Source: an uncultured Nitrospiraceae bacterium (GTDB taxonomy: Bacteria > Nitrospirota > Thermodesulfovibrionia > Thermodesulfovibrionales > UBA6898). Taken from it: a stretch of 64,000 nt of DNA. Positions 1 to 8,866 of this stretch are shown here, piece by piece. Both the position numbers and the translations under genes were made by a program. The first letter of the stretch is position 1; every line of letters begins with the position of its first letter. The DNA lies in NCBI GenBank assembly GCA_963811165.1, contig CAWEQH010000010.1, positions 1,117,676 through 1,181,675 on the forward strand, given 5' to 3'. The notes below the pieces were generated by a model that saw only the letters and a list, made by a program, of their open reading frames with translations, made no database searches and was not told the origin of the DNA.

Positions 1-1
1 G

Positions 2-724
2 CTACGCGATGTCCGCTTCGAGGCAGGCGACGTGCTGCTCGCACAGGGTCAGCCGGAAGCACTGCAGCAGGCCTTTTCAGATCTCGGGCTGCTGCCGCTA
101 GCTGAGCGCGAGATTCGCCTGGGCCATCCCCGCCGCGTCCTGCTGGCGATAGCCGTGTTCACCGCTTCGCTGGCGGCCGCCACGCTCAATCTGTTCAGCG
201 TGGCGGTCTGCCTGACGAGTGGGGCCGTCGCAATGGTACTGCTTGGGCTGGTGTCGCCCGAGGAGATTTACACCAGTCTTGAGTGGCCGGTGCTGGTGCT
301 TATCGCGGCGATGATCTCCGTGGCCGGTGCCCTGCAAACCAGCGGCGTCAGCGAACTGATCGCACTGCCCTTGCTGGCGCTCGCGCATCATCTGCCAGCA
401 GTGGGAGCGGTCTCGATGATTTACGTGGTGACGATGCTGCTGGCAAACCTCATCCATCACGTAGCGGCCGCGGTCCTGATGGCGCCGGTCGCGCAAGGCA
501 TTGCCGCGGGTCTCGGCATGTCGCTCGACCCGTTCCTGATGGCGGTCGCATACGGTAGTGTCTCAGCCTTCGTGACTCCGATCGGGCATCCTTCTAACAC
601 GCTGGTGATGGGGCCCGGTGGCTACAAGTTCAGTGACTACATGCGGATGGGCCTGCCTCTTTCCCTCCTCACCACGCTCACCGCTTCGCTTCTGATTTCG
701 CTTTTTTGGCCATTATACCGCTGA
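2..724 (+). CDS. SLC13/ArsB-NhaD family permease with TrkA-C domain, 5'-truncated
   Basis: Frame open from window start (LRDVRFEAGDVLL, TrkA-C end), many TM helices, C-terminal SAFVTPIGHPSNTLVMGPGGYKFSDY signature; visibly higher GC than the rest of the window. Confidence 0.85.
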   Translation, partial: LRDVRFEAGDVLLAQGQPEALQQAFSDLGLLPLAEREIRLGHPRRVLLAIAVFTASLAAATLNLFSVAVCLTSGAVAMVLLGLVSPEEIYTSLEWPVLVLIAAMISVAGALQTSGVSELIALPLLALAHHLPAVGAVSMIYVVTMLLANLIHHVAAAVLMAPVAQGIAAGLGMSLDPFLMAVAYGSVSAFVTPIGHPSNTLVMGPGGYKFSDYMRMGLPLSLLTTLTASLLISLFWPLYR

Positions 725-845
725 ACAACCGAGGGGCATCCTTGACGGTCCGTGCGCAGGGAAGTCAGGGACCTCGAAGTAGCCGGCCATCGTGGCGCAG
801 ATCCTCGCGCGTCTCGGCCGTGTCCCCGCGCCCGCTGCCCGGCAC

Positions 846-1031
846 CCGGTACCGAAGATTCCTCAAGCGAAGAAACTGCTCGGCCCACACCGTAAAAAAC
901 TATCTGAATATCCCGGTCATTTAAATGCGTGGCTGCAGATCCCCTTAGAGCAGGCGACCTCCGGGGAAACTAATGCATATATGGAGCACTTGTCGATGGG
1001 TAGAAAAAAGCCGAAGACGAATGCTTGTTGA
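846..1031 (+). pseudogene. Tyrosine recombinase/integrase N-terminal (SAM-like) fragment
   Basis: YRRFLKRRNCSAHTVKNYL in one frame continues as HLNAWLQIPLEQAT..NAYMEHL...KPKT in another; no catalytic domain follows. Confidence 0.55.
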
Positions 1032-1224
1032 AGAAAACGTGACCGCGCTGTCGCGTCCCCGCGAACTCAATAAGCTAAGCCTGTAATGGCCCGTCGCATA
1101 CTTGCATGTTTGGGGGCAAACTCTCGAAGAGTTTCGACCCGGCATACCTATCAAGTATCAGTCAATCTGCAGGTGACTGAATTTCTGAATCTGAGGGTTG
1201 TCAGAAAATAGGGAACTCCGACTT

Positions 1225-1736
1225 CTATTTCTCCCTCCCGAACCCCTTTATCACCTTCATCTTCTCGGCCGGCGACACCATCAGTTGCCGAATGGCATCA
1301 AAGACGACCTTGAACTGAGAGTCATATTTCTTTTCCATGTCGTCGAGCTTCTTTGCAAGGTCTTTGTGCGCCGCCAGCATTTCGCGCAGCTTCACAAAGG
1401 CCCTCATTATCGCAATGTTCACCTGAACGGGCGTTTGCCGCGCAGCACACTCGAAAGCATTGCACCACCTTGTTCAGTAAAGGCATATGGATTGGCCCGG
1501 CGAATACCGCCCCAACTTGAAGTCACAATTTGTGACTTCAAGTTCATAAGCTCCTGATTTGACAGCATAAACATAAAGTCTTCCGGAAATCGTTCCATGT
1601 TCCTTTTTACAGCCTGGATCAGGACCTTGGGCTCAACATCGTAAAGTTCCGCGAGGTCCGTACTCAACATGACTTTATGTCGCCGGATCAGATAAATTTT
1701 CTTCTCGATTATTTCAACAGGAATGAACTCTTTCAT
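1225..1736 (-). pseudogene. ORF6N-domain DNA-binding protein, frameshifted near 1430
   Basis: [46 protein letters not shown] joins [31 protein letters not shown] across a 1-nt shift. Confidence 0.85.
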
Positions 1737-1891
1737 TAACCCTCCTTCCCCTGCGATCAAGTCCCCATGCGACATGTATCTCTTCCGAAATGATAATATT
1801 CCGGGCTTACCAAAGACAAGAACTATTTGTTTTGATTTGAGGTATGCGATAAGGTGATGGTTAGCTCCGCTTACCGGTCGCGGCTAAGAGG

Positions 1892-3382
1892 TTACCCTTT
1901 CAGTATCTCAGGCTCGGTGTGGGGTATGAACATCGCGCCCTGAAGCATATTCATCAGGTCCTGGTCCTCGTTCATCTCGCGATAGGTGATCCTGGAGGCG
2001 ATGTCCTGGACCTCGGCCAAAAGGTCCCTGTTTAGTAATACCATTTCCGCTCCGCCTAAAGAAGAATTCCCCACAGGGATGAACCTCTCTCTCGGAATGT
2101 CCGGAAGCATGCCGATGGTGATCGCCTTTTCAGGGTCGATCCCGCATCCGAGGGCGCCGGCAATATATACCTTTTTTATGTCTTTAAACGTCAGCCCGAC
2201 AGACCTCACAAAAACGTAAAGGAAAGAAAACATGGCGGCCTTCGAAAGAAGGAAATTTTTTATCTCGTTTTCGGTCAGATAAAGTCCGCCTCTTTCGGAC
2301 CGGTGGAGAAGGTATGCCTTCACCCCGTCCTTTTCGGCTGTCTCCTGTCCCGTAAACTTTCCGGTCTGGTCGATAATCCCGGCCGAATACATCTCAGAGA
2401 CAAGGGCTATCAGACCCGAACCGCAGATGCCCCTGGGCTCCGTGTCTCCGATGACCCTCATCCCGATCTTTCCGCTTATGCGGTCGATCGTCACGTCGGA
2501 GATCGTCCCTGTCCCTGCCTTTTTCCCGATACTGGCCACCCCGCCTTCAAGCGCAGGCCCGGCAGCGCCCGCGCCCACCATGATCCAGTCCCTAAAGCCG
2601 AGCGTTATCTCGACATTTGTACCGACATCGATGAAAAGCACCGGTTCGTCCTCGCGGTAGACCCCGGCAAAGAGGATGCCGCTTACAATGTCCCCGCCCA
2701 CATAACTCCCTGCATTGGGGAAGACATACACCGCCGCATTCCTGTTCACCGGAAGCCCCGCCTCTTCCGCCGATACGAAGACGGCCCTGTTTACTGCAGG
2801 GACATATGGACTGAGAGGAATATTCCTTACGTCCAGGCCGAGAAAGAAGTGTGACATGATCGTATTGCCCGCTACCGTCACCGCGAGAACATCCTCAGTC
2901 CTGACGCCGTGTCGTTTACACACACCTTCAATGGCCAGGGTTACCCCTTTCTCAAGGGCCTTTTTAAGGACCGGAAATTCCCCCATCATCGACCGCTGCA
3001 CCCTGGTGAGCACATCGTTTCCGAAACTCATCTGCGGGTTTTCCGTTTCCCCTGCACCAATCCGCTCCCCCAAAGAAAGATCGAACAAGGAGCATTCTAT
3101 ATTGGTCGAGCCGATATCAAGCGCAATGCCGTATATACGGTCTTTCCCTATGTCGAGCAGTCTATGTCCCTCTCCCGTACGACCGACGGCGACCTTCGTC
3201 TGAAAACCACTATTACGGAGCTCCTCAGGCAGCCTCCTCATTATATGAAGCGGGATATCTACATTGTCCAGCCCATGCCTTTTCAGCCCTTCCGAAAGCC
3301 TGTCCGCATCAGCCGTCTTATCCGAAGACGAAGGCCCTTCAACGGCGAGATCAAGAAGAAAAACAAGCGGCTTATGATTCAT
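1892..3382 (-). CDS. ASKHA-family ATPase, RACo/DUF4445-type reductive activator of corrinoid proteins (no N-terminal 2Fe-2S domain visible)
   Basis: DIGSTN, GNDVLTR, AGNTIMSH, DVGTNVE, AAGPALEG and GICGSG motifs; start taken at MNHKP, overlapping the moeA stop. Confidence 0.85.
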   Translation of the reverse strand: MNHKPLVFLLDLAVEGPSSSDKTADADRLSEGLKRHGLDNVDIPLHIMRRLPEELRNSGFQTKVAVGRTGEGHRLLDIGKDRIYGIALDIGSTNIECSLFDLSLGERIGAGETENPQMSFGNDVLTRVQRSMMGEFPVLKKALEKGVTLAIEGVCKRHGVRTEDVLAVTVAGNTIMSHFFLGLDVRNIPLSPYVPAVNRAVFVSAEEAGLPVNRNAAVYVFPNAGSYVGGDIVSGILFAGVYREDEPVLFIDVGTNVEITLGFRDWIMVGAGAAGPALEGGVASIGKKAGTGTISDVTIDRISGKIGMRVIGDTEPRGICGSGLIALVSEMYSAGIIDQTGKFTGQETAEKDGVKAYLLHRSERGGLYLTENEIKNFLLSKAAMFSFLYVFVRSVGLTFKDIKKVYIAGALGCGIDPEKAITIGMLPDIPRERFIPVGNSSLGGAEMVLLNRDLLAEVQDIASRITYREMNEDQDLMNMLQGAMFIPHTEPEILKG

Positions 3383-5291
3383 ACATGATCTTCCCCATAT
3401 CGGATACGTCATACCCCCCGAGCGCCTCGACCGAGGTCCTGAACTCACTGTTCTCTCTGATTATTTGCAAGAGGGCAGACAGGGAAGGCATCCCGATAAA
3501 ATCAGCAGGGATCGCCAGGTCATATCGCTCCTTGGCAAGCGGGATGAAATCGAGGCCGAGCGCCTCTGCAGAAGCGAGTATCCCCATGCCCGTGTCGGCG
3601 ATACCGGTAAGGACTGCAGAAGCGACACCCATATGGGTGTACTCCTCGCGTTCGTATCCTTTGACGTCCTTAGAAGCGATACCCAACTCCTTAAGGTATT
3701 TATCGGTGAGGAGTCTCGTTCCTGCGCCGGACTGCCTGTTGATGAAAACAACATCCTCCCTGGTCAGGTCCGCGAACCCTCGTATGTCCCTGGGGTTCCC
3801 CTTGGGCACCATAAGCCCCTGCTGGCGGTAAACCAGGTTCACAAGGATTATCTTCTTCTTCGTAAGAATTCTCCGGATATAGGGCACGTTATATTGGCCT
3901 GTTTCTTCATCCAGGAGGTGGGTGCCTGCCATATGGGCCTCTCCCTTTTTAAGCGCGATCAGCCCTCCCATAGATCCGACATGGGCCGAGGAGAGCGAAT
4001 ACGCGGGATGGGTTTTCTTAAGGATGTTGGCAAGAATATCGAGCGCGTTGTCATGGCTTCCTATACAGACAACGGTATTTTCTATCTCCTTTTTATCCCT
4101 GAGCATCTCGACGTCCACTTCGGTCCCCGTGCCGAACCCTTCAGACATGGCGGGTATCCTCACGACACCGTCGGCACGGACCAGCGACATGAGCACGCCT
4201 GCGCCCCTGCTTACCGGAGTGGCGATAAGGTTTTCGCCCACCCTTCCGAGTTTCACCCGAAGAAATTCCTCCTGCCCCAAAGACGAGGCCACCTGCCGTG
4301 AAAGCCGCGCTTTCATGAACTCCGGGTCGGGCGCTTCGAGCCCTTGCCATTTGTACAGAAGGCCCTTCGCAAAGAGTGTGAAGGTTATATATGCAGAGAC
4401 CGGGTAACCCGGGATGCCGAGCACAGGCCTTCCCTTGGCCCATCCGAGGATAACCGGTTTACCGGGTTTGATGTTTATGCCGTGAAGCAGCACCTCGCCA
4501 AGCCCGGCGATGACCTGTGCAGTATAGTCTTCTGAGCCGGCAGAGGAGCCCGCATTAATCACGACCAAGTCCCCCATCCGGCACCCCTCCATGACGGCGC
4601 TCTTTATCTTGTCGATGTCGTCGGGCACGGGGTCAAACCTCACGGGTGTCCCTCCCCATTCAGTGACCATCGAGGACAATATCCGCGAATTATATTCGAT
4701 GATGTCCCCCTTTTTGAGGTCCGTCCCAGGCTCCACAATCTCCGATCCCGTGGGGATAATCACCACCTTCGGTCTTCTTCGAACGTTTATCTCCAGATGT
4801 CCGCCTGAAATGACCGCACCGATATCGACCGGCCTCATCCTGTGGTTTTCAGGCACGATCAGTTCGGTAGAAACGATGTCTTCCCCTATGACCCTCACGT
4901 GCTGCCAAGGGGCAGCGGGCGCGAGTATTTCGATATGACCTTCCGAAACATTCACCTCCTCTATCATGATCACCGCGTTAAAGCCCTCGGGAAGGGGATC
5001 GCCAGTGTCTGCATATACGGCCTCCTGCCCGAGTTTCAGCCTCTTGGGGACGGACTCCGAGGCGCCGAAGGTCTCTGAGAATCTCACCGCATATCCGTCC
5101 ATGGCCGACGAATGGTAGAAAGGCGAGGAGAGCCTCGCAAAAACAGCCCCGGAGGTTATTCTCCCCAGCGAATCTCCGACCGATACCGGCTCACCCTCAA
5201 GCGGCCTGACCCCCTCGGAAGCTATCTTCTCCGCCCAGAGTTTCAGGGCATCGGCCAAAGGGGTGTTTTCGAGGTATATTCCTTTCTTCAT
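3372..5291 (-). CDS. moeA: Molybdopterin molybdo/tungstotransferase MoeA fused to periplasmic-binding (PBP/LysR-substrate) domain
   Basis: SAMDGYAV, GSSAGSEDY, KPGKP and PGYPVS motifs; C-terminal GSHD, GSMGGL, INRQSGAGTR, ERYDL. Confidence 0.92.
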   Translation of the reverse strand: MKKGIYLENTPLADALKLWAEKIASEGVRPLEGEPVSVGDSLGRITSGAVFARLSSPFYHSSAMDGYAVRFSETFGASESVPKRLKLGQEAVYADTGDPLPEGFNAVIMIEEVNVSEGHIEILAPAAPWQHVRVIGEDIVSTELIVPENHRMRPVDIGAVISGGHLEINVRRRPKVVIIPTGSEIVEPGTDLKKGDIIEYNSRILSSMVTEWGGTPVRFDPVPDDIDKIKSAVMEGCRMGDLVVINAGSSAGSEDYTAQVIAGLGEVLLHGINIKPGKPVILGWAKGRPVLGIPGYPVSAYITFTLFAKGLLYKWQGLEAPDPEFMKARLSRQVASSLGQEEFLRVKLGRVGENLIATPVSRGAGVLMSLVRADGVVRIPAMSEGFGTGTEVDVEMLRDKKEIENTVVCIGSHDNALDILANILKKTHPAYSLSSAHVGSMGGLIALKKGEAHMAGTHLLDEETGQYNVPYIRRILTKKKIILVNLVYRQQGLMVPKGNPRDIRGFADLTREDVVFINRQSGAGTRLLTDKYLKELGIASKDVKGYEREEYTHMGVASAVLTGIADTGMGILASAEALGLDFIPLAKERYDLAIPADFIGMPSLSALLQIIRENSEFRTSVEALGGYDVSDMGKIMYES

Positions 5292-5373
5292 CAATTTCTC
5301 CTTCTCACAAGTAAAAACATCTTTTATTATCAATGATTATCCCCTTTAAATCAACGGCTCAGCCAGGAATTTC

Positions 5374-5513
5374 GCAATAAGAGAGGACTATCTTTTCGCT
5401 CATTCTCGTCCCGAAAGCATTCGGGACTCCGAGGCTTTTGCCTCTTTATTTAAGAAGAGCATACTTAAGAATATCGGCAAAAGAAACCGCTCAAAGAAAG
5501 TCCTCTCTTATGC
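5374..5513 (+). repeat. Structured palindromic motif, copy 1
   Basis: 13-bp outer stem ATAAGAGAGGACT/AGTCCTCTCTTAT, inner stem CTTTTGCC/GGCAAAAG, shared segments TTTTCGCTCATTCTCG, CTCCGAGG, CCGCTCAAA. Confidence 0.7.
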
Positions 5514-5579
5514 ATTTATCGGTTGCAAAATAAATGAACTAAGCTTCCCGAGTCACAAAGGCCCCTCTAAGTATGAAGA

Positions 5580-5693
5580 AACGAATGGGACCGCATTTGA
5601 GCGGCTTCAATTTCTCGTATGTGCCTGCCGCAGGCAGGCGAGAAATTGCCTCGGAGCGTAGCGAGAATGAGCGAAAAAGCGGTCCCATTCGTT
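5580..5693 (-). repeat. Structured palindromic motif, copy 2 (inverted)
   Basis: 15-bp outer stem AACGAATGGGACCGC/GCGGTCCCATTCGTT, inner stem CAATTTCTCG/CGAGAAATTG, same shared segments as copy 1 on the minus strand. Confidence 0.7.
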
Positions 5694-5772
5694 ATCCACG
5701 ATTATCTGTCCTGACTGCATGACGTGTAGTGTTTAGGATTTTTTTAGCCCGGACCGGGCCGCATCAGCACCT

Positions 5773-6265
5773 TCAGAGATTGCTGGCGACGATTCTCCCT
5801 GCGTCATCCATGCTGAGATGACAGTAGACAAGGAGTTTCTTTCTTTCAAGTTTCGAATCTATCCTCGTCTTTGCGGTATTACAGACCCTCCTGAGGACAT
5901 CGAACCTCTTACTGTAATAAAGCCAGGGTAAGAGGTCGGCCACTTCGGACTTTTTAAACGGTCCGATTTCATCATCACCGACGCCGGCCCTCTTAAGGAG
6001 CGCCAGAACGTCATGGACCAGGGGGCGGCCGGACGTCCATAAGGCCACCTCGAGCATCGCTTCCCAGCCCGCTGAAATGTGAAGTTTGGAGCAGTTCTCC
6101 AGATCGGCCGAAAGGATGGCGGCGACCATACTCTCCCCGGCCGGGCAATAGCAAGCGTCATCGAGCGAAAAAAGGTTTTGATGAGACCTTTTCGAAGCCT
6201 CTCCCTGATACAGCACTACCTCTTTCAATCTGCCGGAAAAAGTTTCCAATGAATTAAAATACCAT
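5773..6265 (-). CDS. Hypothetical protein (true start probably ATG 6265 with a 1-nt homopolymer indel; otherwise TTG 6249)
   Basis: 158-aa ORF; GAAGGA RBS precedes ATG 6265, which is in frame if one T of TTTT is removed. Confidence 0.6.
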
Positions 6266-6345
6266 AAAATCCTTCTTTTTCAAAAAACAAAAAAACTCCT
6301 CCCCATATCTTCTCACGCCTTCGCAAGCATAGGCATAGTGGTCGT

Positions 6346-6645
6346 TTAGCCGTACCACCAATCAAGGGCGTCGGTGAGTTTCTCTCTTCTGCTTTCGATC
6401 TCCTCTTGTGTGCTCCTGAAATCTACAGGACAGGCCTTTGTGAGCGACTCGAGCTTTTTCTCGATATAGTCCACTAGGTCGAACAGTTCAAAATATTCCT
6501 GCCGGCGCGCTTCTTCTGCGGCAGTTGTCGTCTCAACACTACAGACAAGGCCAAAGGCCTTTTTCTTCATCTCGCTCAGTTCCCTGTATACGCTTTCGCA
6601 GTAATTACGGACGTCTATATCTTCTTTTATCGCTGCCGTTGCCAT
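6346..6645 (-). CDS. Small helical hypothetical protein downstream of the riboswitch
   Basis: GAGGAGG RBS before ATG 6645; 99 aa, helical pattern with YC and CP. Confidence 0.75.
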   Translation of the reverse strand: MATAAIKEDIDVRNYCESVYRELSEMKKKAFGLVCSVETTTAAEEARRQEYFELFDLVDYIEKKLESLTKACPVDFRSTQEEIESRREKLTDALDWWYG

Positions 6646-6685
6646 GGGTCGCCTCCTCTCCTTCGGCCGCTCCGGCACAGTAACC

Positions 6686-6736
6686 AAAAAGGCCGAGCAG
6701 ACCGAAGATACTTCATATTCCTTCGGCAGCTCGGCC
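6686..6736 (-). terminator. Intrinsic terminator forming the riboswitch expression platform
   Basis: GGCCGAGCTGCCGAAG...CTTCGGTCTGCTCGGCC followed by TTTTT; 5' arm overlaps the aptamer 3' end. Confidence 0.8.
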
Positions 6737-6800
6737 GTCTCCCTATGAGAAGATCCGCCGCTTTCCGTCCCCCCTTTCGAAGGGTTTAGCTTTTCGGGAA
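6718..6800 (-). ncRNA. GEMM-I (c-di-GMP-I class) riboswitch aptamer
   Basis: Minus strand CCGAAAAGCTAAACCCTTCGAAAGGGGGGACGGAAAGCGGCGGATCTTCTCATAGGGAGACGGCCGAGCTGCCG: GNRA loop stem, AAAC and GACG(G/C)AAAGC core, terminal GCCG. Confidence 0.88.
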
Positions 6801-6863
6801 ATCTTTTTCTCTACTTTATTTTAACTCCAATCGCCGGACAGGTCAAAAATGAAGAAGATTGGG

Positions 6864-7856
6864 TCAGACTTGCCTGTTGCACCGTTCCACCGCGTCACGT
6901 AACCTCTTTTCAGCTTCCCGGTATTGCGTGGCGACTTCCCCGTCGCAGAGCGAACGCGCAAATTTTTCAACGCCGGATTCCAGCGGCCCCTCACGTACAG
7001 GTATCCTGCGGATGTTGTACCGGGTTTGTCCCTTTTCATTGCTCCCGCCGTAGGCCGAAAAGATCACCTCAATCGAAAGATCGAGGGCCGCGAGGACCGT
7101 CCTTTCGTCGTAATCTCTGAACAGTCTTCCGAAAGGCACACTGAACATCGGGGGACCTCCCCCGATCCTGTTTCGGTAAAAAGCAGCACTCCCGGATATC
7201 TCGTCCTGCAGCTCTTCATCAGCCAGTCCCTTCATGACAGGATGGGTCCGGGTATGGATACCGAAGGTGACGAGGGGATTGGCCTTCAGCCTCTCTATAT
7301 CGTCACAGGAAAGAAAGAGTTCGGCTTCCTTGTCGCGGTACTCTTCCTCGCCGATAATATGTCTTGAGATCCCCTCCATTACCCGCCTGGTTTTCTCCCT
7401 ATGGTAATTGCTTCGGGTGAAACTGACGATATCTTCTTCCCGTATCGAGACGCCGTATTCGGCGTTCACGAGAGCCGCCAGGGCCTTGCCGAAACCGGCG
7501 TTGATGCAGTAATTATAGAGATATCTCCAGTATATGGCCTTGTCTCCTACACAGTCCGTAATGAGAAAGCACGTCGAAGGCATGCCCAGCGACTCCAGGA
7601 TGGGAACTGCGCCCAGGGCGTACGACTTCGGGCCGTCGTCGAACGTGACCGAAAGAAAGCGTCCCTGTTTTCCCTCTCCCGTAGAAATAAGGTCCACGAG
7701 CTTCCGTAGATCTACCACATCGAATTCCCTCTTGATGGCCATACACACATCACGGAAAATCTCCGGGCGGATATTGCCGAGGTCCTTCAGGGACAATCTG
7801 TTGCGGGCATCTACGGAATGAAAGAGAAGGACAACGTACGATGGGTTGTCTTTCAT
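6864..7856 (-). CDS. Polysaccharide deacetylase family protein
   Basis: LLFHSV, TFDDG and HTRTH (NodB/CE4) motifs. Confidence 0.85.
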   Translation of the reverse strand: MKDNPSYVVLLFHSVDARNRLSLKDLGNIRPEIFRDVCMAIKREFDVVDLRKLVDLISTGEGKQGRFLSVTFDDGPKSYALGAVPILESLGMPSTCFLITDCVGDKAIYWRYLYNYCINAGFGKALAALVNAEYGVSIREEDIVSFTRSNYHREKTRRVMEGISRHIIGEEEYRDKEAELFLSCDDIERLKANPLVTFGIHTRTHPVMKGLADEELQDEISGSAAFYRNRIGGGPPMFSVPFGRLFRDYDERTVLAALDLSIEVIFSAYGGSNEKGQTRYNIRRIPVREGPLESGVEKFARSLCDGEVATQYREAEKRLRDAVERCNRQV

Positions 7857-8737
7857 CTGAAGAGCCTGGGAGGGACATACCCCAGGAGAGGGACCCTCGC
7901 GTCGGCCGATTGTTTGTCGGCATTATATCTGCCGATAATGCCCCCTTCGATACGGGCGAGGCAGCGACGCGCGACATCGGCAGTAAAATCTTTTGTGCGG
8001 TAAAGCTTCCCGCTTTCCCTGGGCTGTGTATGGGAAACTGCAACTCCCTTTCTCATCATCACGTCTATAGCGTCTTCAACCAGCTCCATCCCCTCGGCAA
8101 TGACCTTCAGAAAGATAGTATTCAGGTCGTCGCGTTCGTCGAGGACCGGTCTCGTCTGAAAAATGATATCGCCTGTGTCGATTCCCGGATCGACATGGTG
8201 CACGGTCGCGCCGATATACTCCGGCTCATTATTTACAATCGGCCATCCGTAACTCCATGTGCCTCTGTAATAGGGCGAAAGCCCGGAATGGAGGTTGATC
8301 GCCCCGACCGGGGGAACAGAGATCACCTTTGGAGAAATGACGCTGCTGCCAAGTACCGCGATGAGGTCGGGTCTGAGCCCTGCAAGGAAAGAGACAAACC
8401 CGTCGCTGTTTATCTCCCCGCATTTCACGTTGAGATACTTCGTGCCCGTCCTCTCGACGACAACGTCAAAGGGGGACCTGAGAAAGTCTTTCAATATCCT
8501 GTGGTATCTGAACCCGGCAGAGAAATTTTCATGGAACTCATCGAGATAGAGGCTGTCTTTTATTTCACGCATTCCGTTTCGCCTCAGGGCATTGTTCATG
8601 AAGAGACGGACCCTGCTTTCCCGGCGGGACTCCGGATACGCCTCTCTTACCACGCATGCAACATCGAACTTCTCCTGGAGCCTGTTTATGAAGCTTGTAT
8701 GATGAAACCCTGTCCTTGTGAGTATGACGATTTTCAT
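7853..8737 (-). CDS. Formyltransferase (Fmt/PurN-like), possibly sugar N-formyltransferase
   Basis: INLHSGLSPYYRG, GATVH, GIDTGDII; 4-nt overlap with the deacetylase. Confidence 0.85.
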   Translation of the reverse strand: MKIVILTRTGFHHTSFINRLQEKFDVACVVREAYPESRRESRVRLFMNNALRRNGMREIKDSLYLDEFHENFSAGFRYHRILKDFLRSPFDVVVERTGTKYLNVKCGEINSDGFVSFLAGLRPDLIAVLGSSVISPKVISVPPVGAINLHSGLSPYYRGTWSYGWPIVNNEPEYIGATVHHVDPGIDTGDIIFQTRPVLDERDDLNTIFLKVIAEGMELVEDAIDVMMRKGVAVSHTQPRESGKLYRTKDFTADVARRCLARIEGGIIGRYNADKQSADARVPLLGYVPPRLFR

Positions 8738-8771
8738 TATTAACGGTCTCAAAATAGTATTTATATAATTT

Positions 8772-8852
8772 GTCATGCCGGACTTGATCCGGTATCCAGC
8801 GACTTTAAAAGGCCAATACATGGATTCCGGCTCAACACACCGCCGGAATGAC
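8772..8852. repeat. REP/RPE-like bipartite palindrome GTCATKCC...GGAATGAC
   Basis: GTCATGCCGGACTTGATCCGGTATCCA...TGGATTCCGGC..GCCGGAATGAC; relatives at 45662 and 50890. Confidence 0.75.
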
Positions 8853-8866
8853 GGCCCTTAATAAGG

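Noticed and set aside
6718..6800. cGAMP-selective (GEMM-Ib) assignment
   Set aside because: The specificity position reads G rather than A
7841..8743. Long antisense ORFs (e.g. 7841-8743, 10551-11486, 11514-12413, 14021-14926, 27050-27832, 51054-51845)
   Set aside because: Shadows of well-supported genes on the opposite strand; no motifs or RBS
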